Source: Hydrolagus affinis
Taxonomy: Eukaryota
Length of the DNA: 64,000 nt
Direction: 5' to 3'
Assembly: GCA_012026655.1 (NCBI GenBank)
Contig: JAAILG010000145.1
Span: 62,001 to 126,000, forward strand
In this document: positions 61,555 through 64,000 of the stretch, in pieces
Layout of the letters: every line of letters begins with the position of its first letter
Position numbering within the stretch: position 1 is the first letter of the stretch
Notes under the pieces: generated by a model
The model's database searches: none
What the model saw: the letters and a program-made list of their open reading frames with translations, nothing else
What the model was told of the DNA's origin: nothing
Made by a program: the position numbers and the translations under genes

Positions 61555-61822
61555 ATAATAATCATCATCCTTGCATTTGATGTAGTGCTTTTCACCTCTT
61601 CTAGACGTCTCAAAACACTTCACAGAATACACTGTAAAGTGAGTTGATTGAGGGACACTGCTGTGGGCATATGCAAACTATCGTGAATTGAAATGACCAA
61701 TTTATTTTTATTTTATCCCCTCACCTATTATCAGGCATTGCACAAGGTTTCACCCTTCCAAGATTTGAACCGAGGTCTCTCACTTGTGAGACAAGGCTCT
61801 AACCACTGAGCTACAGGACTCC
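61555..61822 (-). mobile_element. DeuSINE-type SINE
   Basis: Tail to head, with small deletions. Confidence 0.85.
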
Positions 61823-62359
61823 ACTAAAGAGTAGAGCCTCTCAGCAGCAGCACCAGTTAGCTCTGAATTAAGCCTGGTCATACCCTCGGACTAATTTTCT
61901 GGCTTTACAACTTTTTTAATGAAACCTCTATTCAGTACAAACGTATTAAAGGCTTACCTTTAAGCTCCAGCAAAAGTGATACAACTGCAATATATGCAGA
62001 TACTAACAATTCAAATTGCAAGCTTAGCAGCCTCGTAGAAGCACACCGCTGGGAAGATTTCTTTTCGGATAAAATGCGATGAACTTTACTTTTGGAAAAA
62101 AAGCATAATTGACAAAAAAAAATACAAATGATCCTTAATTGTAATGGTCTGCTAACTTTAGTTGCTTAGTCATTACTTTATTGTTGTCATATTGAACAAA
62201 GCACTGGCTGGAGTGCTAAATATTCTTGAATTATTTAGAATACTAAACACAGAACATTAAGGTTCTATGACAAATTTCAAATGTTTTTTTAAAATGATAA
62301 ATGGGTTTACTAAAGTATAGATGTAATTTAGTAGATCAAAGAGAGAGCCCATTCCGGTA

Positions 62360-62680
62360 TTAATAATAAAAATCCTTGCATTCTGATATGGCGCTTTTCA
62401 CATCTTATCAACGTCTCAAAGCGCTTCATGGAATATACTGTAGAGTGAATTGACTGTATATTTGTGAGCGAAATGCAGCAGCCAATTGCATACAGCAGTG
62501 TCCTACAAACAGTCATGGATTTAAATGACCAATTTTATTATTGTTTTTTTTTTTGGGAGGGATTATTGTTAGGCATTTGGAATAAGGAAACTTGTCCAAG
62601 GTTTCACCCTGATCTGCCTGGATTCAAATACAGATCTCACGCTTGTAAGCCGAGTGCTCTAACCTCTGAGCTACAGGACC
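62360..62680 (-). mobile_element. Full-length DeuSINE-type SINE
   Basis: Tail, core and head. Confidence 0.88.
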
Positions 62681-62978
62681 TTGTAAGCTTTCAACTGTGC
62701 TGACCTTTTGTCGCTTAAGAGAAAATCTTGCAATGACCAAAGCACTCACCTCCAAATCAGAGGCTGTGGGTTGAATTCGCTGCAATGTTGGAGGTCCATG
62801 CTTCAGATGAAATATTAAAACTGCAGTCCTAGGTGCTTGTCCAAGTTGATGTTAGAGCCCAAGTGACCTGGCCCAAAAGCCCCTAATTGGTTTCTCACTC
62901 CACTAGTTTGTGAAACATTTGTGTGTGCAAATTCCCTGCTATGTTTGCCCAAAAAACACATTCACCCAATGTTGGGGT

Positions 62979-63262
62979 GGAGTCCTGTAGCTCGGTGGTT
63001 AGAGCACTCACCTTTCAAGTCAGACCTGGGTTCAATTCCAGGCAGGGTAAAACCTTAGGCAAGTTTCCTTACTCCACACGCACAATAACAACAAAGTTAC
63101 ATTTCTAGAACCCCTTTCACGTCGGGAGGATGTCTCAAGGTGCCCAATAATAATCCCTAAAAAAAAACAAATGATTGACCATTTCAATCCATGACTGTTT
63201 ATGGGACACTGCTGTGCGCAATTGGCTGCCGCTTTTCGTCCAGTCAATTCACTTTCAATTCA
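62979..63262 (+). mobile_element. SINE interrupted by an inverted L2 tail
   Basis: Head ggagtcctgtagctcggtgg; inverted tail at about 63085-63145; core resumes after it. Confidence 0.8.
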
Positions 63263-63299
63263 CAAATTACTAGGTTTGAAGATCTTAATAAACAAACAT

Positions 63300-63460
63300 A
63301 CAAGTACTTAGTTCTCGCTTAACATTGCAATTTTGTTCGCGAAAAGTGCGACTTTAAGCGAAACGTTAAGAGAACCGCACAAGAATACCAGACATTGTGT
63401 CTATATATGCATACACTTCCCACAGTAATTTGCTTCCACCTGCGCGAGCGACGTAGTAAC
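63300..63460. mobile_element. Possible TcMar-Tigger-like DNA transposon remnant
   Basis: CpG-rich ctcgcttaac...gcgactttaagcgaaacg resembles Tigger-family termini from memory. No partner TIR found. Confidence 0.4.
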
Positions 63461-64000
63461 GAATGTTGACATTAAATAAATATATGTTCTCTACATATCA
63501 GCAACATAAAAAAACGTTGACCGAAGCAAGCAAGGTCTATCTGTATTCTTTGAGGCGCTGTGAGGCAAAGACGTGCAAAACGCTAATAATCCAAATGCAT
63601 GTACTGTATTATTATTTTAACGTATAGCCTGTGTAGTGCTTAGCTATACCAAATGTAAGTACTGTACTATATTCCACACCTTTGGCAACTTTTATCATTC
63701 GCAAAGCCTCACATGATAGTTGACCATCCTCTTTATTAAAAAAAACTTGATGAGTGCTTCATTTTAGACAAAGCACACGCAGTGAACTAATTTAAGGAAA
63801 GTGTTACAAATCCAAATGACTATATGCTTAAAAAGCTTTTCATGTTCTGGTCGTCCTTTTTAATTATCAGTAATTATTATTGAATTCATCCTATTTTAGT
63901 AATAGGACCAAATGGAGCTTGCGTGTGAGCTGAAGCCAAATTTTCACAAAACTGAGTTCTTATGACTTAATCTTCCCAAATATACAAAGATTGCCACTGT

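Overview
This is vertebrate genomic DNA with introns and many repeats. The repeat content (tRNA-Ala-headed DeuSINE-type SINEs with L2-like tails, plus L2 and CR1 LINE fragments) suggests a cartilaginous fish, possibly a chimaera such as Callorhinchus; that assignment is an inference. The main feature is a complete 12-exon SWAP70 gene on the minus strand (CDS 59625 to 32439, 1764 nt, 587 aa), assembled by hand with canonical GT-AG sites and consistent phases. The rest is about 25 SINE copies or fragments, LINE remnants, a hAT/Charlie-type MITE with TIRs and an 8-bp TSD, and simple repeats. No known gene is recognisable in 1-30 kb. The best novelty candidates are: (1) a chain of frame-compatible small exons on the minus strand at about 11.0-13.2 kb, including a 12-nt micro-exon, that could encode an unrecognised small Cys-containing protein; (2) a first-exon/promoter-like segment at 29.6-29.9 kb; (3) a roughly 300-nt AG-depleted zone in SWAP70 intron 7 that may lead into an alternative terminal exon. 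All three are hypotheses that need RNA-seq or homology support. Repeat boundaries are approximate.
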